A stretch of DNA of 63,980 bases, counting the filler, from Octopus bimaculoides (Eukaryota): NCBI RefSeq assembly GCF_001194135.2. It is 9 parts of 8 records of this genome, joined end to end, with 100 filler letters (N's around TTAATTAATTAA, not from the genome) between each part and the next. Parts side by side here need not be neighbours in the genome. Positions count along the whole stretch, not along the records: positions 62,694 to 63,980 come from NC_068986.1; 8 more parts are not named here. One strand, written 5' to 3'. The notes beneath the pieces are model-generated. The model worked only from the letters and a program-made list of their open reading frames with translations. It was not told where the DNA came from and did no database searches. Positions within the stretch are counted from its first letter, which is position 1. Each line of letters opens with the position of its first letter. This document shows positions 63,621 through 63,980 of the stretch, piece by piece. The position numbers and the translations under genes were made by a program.

Positions 63621-63980
63621 TGACTAAACGACCGGAGGGCAAGGGGAGTTAATTTCCGTTATTCGCTGGCAGAATGTTCTAGAAAACGCATGGAAACATT
63701 TCGGAAACACAAGGCTTAGCATTTTAGCCGTTAGGCAAGAGACCAATGCTTTCTCCGTCGTGTGTCGATAAATGTTTCTCGCAACATTGACTACAAAACA
63801 ATTTTAGATCATCGTCGAGGTGGATAACCACCCTAATGTCACATCACCCTTCTCTTACTGACATTCAATATTTTCATTGCATTGCTTTTATCAGATTTCT
63901 TTATATATACATTTATGTATATGTCTGTATATATATGTAAGTATACACACACACATGTATATATATATATATATATATAT

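Overview
AT-rich, microsatellite-saturated eukaryotic DNA with roughly 13% N-gaps. I infer a coleoid cephalopod, most likely Octopus, from the tRNA-derived SINE families and the repeat style. I could not recognise any host protein-coding gene: nearly all ORFs in the track come from microsatellites, N-gaps or decayed transposons. The interpretable content is a transposon graveyard. It holds about 30 copies of three tRNA-headed SINE families (one CORE-like), three mariner remnants plus a mariner-type MITE, and two CR1/L2-group LINE remnants. It also holds an RTE remnant, R4/Dong-like remnants beside (TAA)n tracts, and a Penelope-like GIY-YIG remnant. Unexplained structure includes a degenerate ~125-160 bp tandem array with a dispersed relative, a ~190-nt palindrome carrying hammerhead-ribozyme-like core remnants, a perfect 22-bp hairpin overlapping a splice donor, a CpG/GC-rich island fused to a Dong element, a few weak candidate exons and promoter-like motif clusters. 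I cannot demonstrate a new biological system here. The best leads are the hammerhead-like palindrome family, the donor-occluding hairpin and the GC-rich insert.
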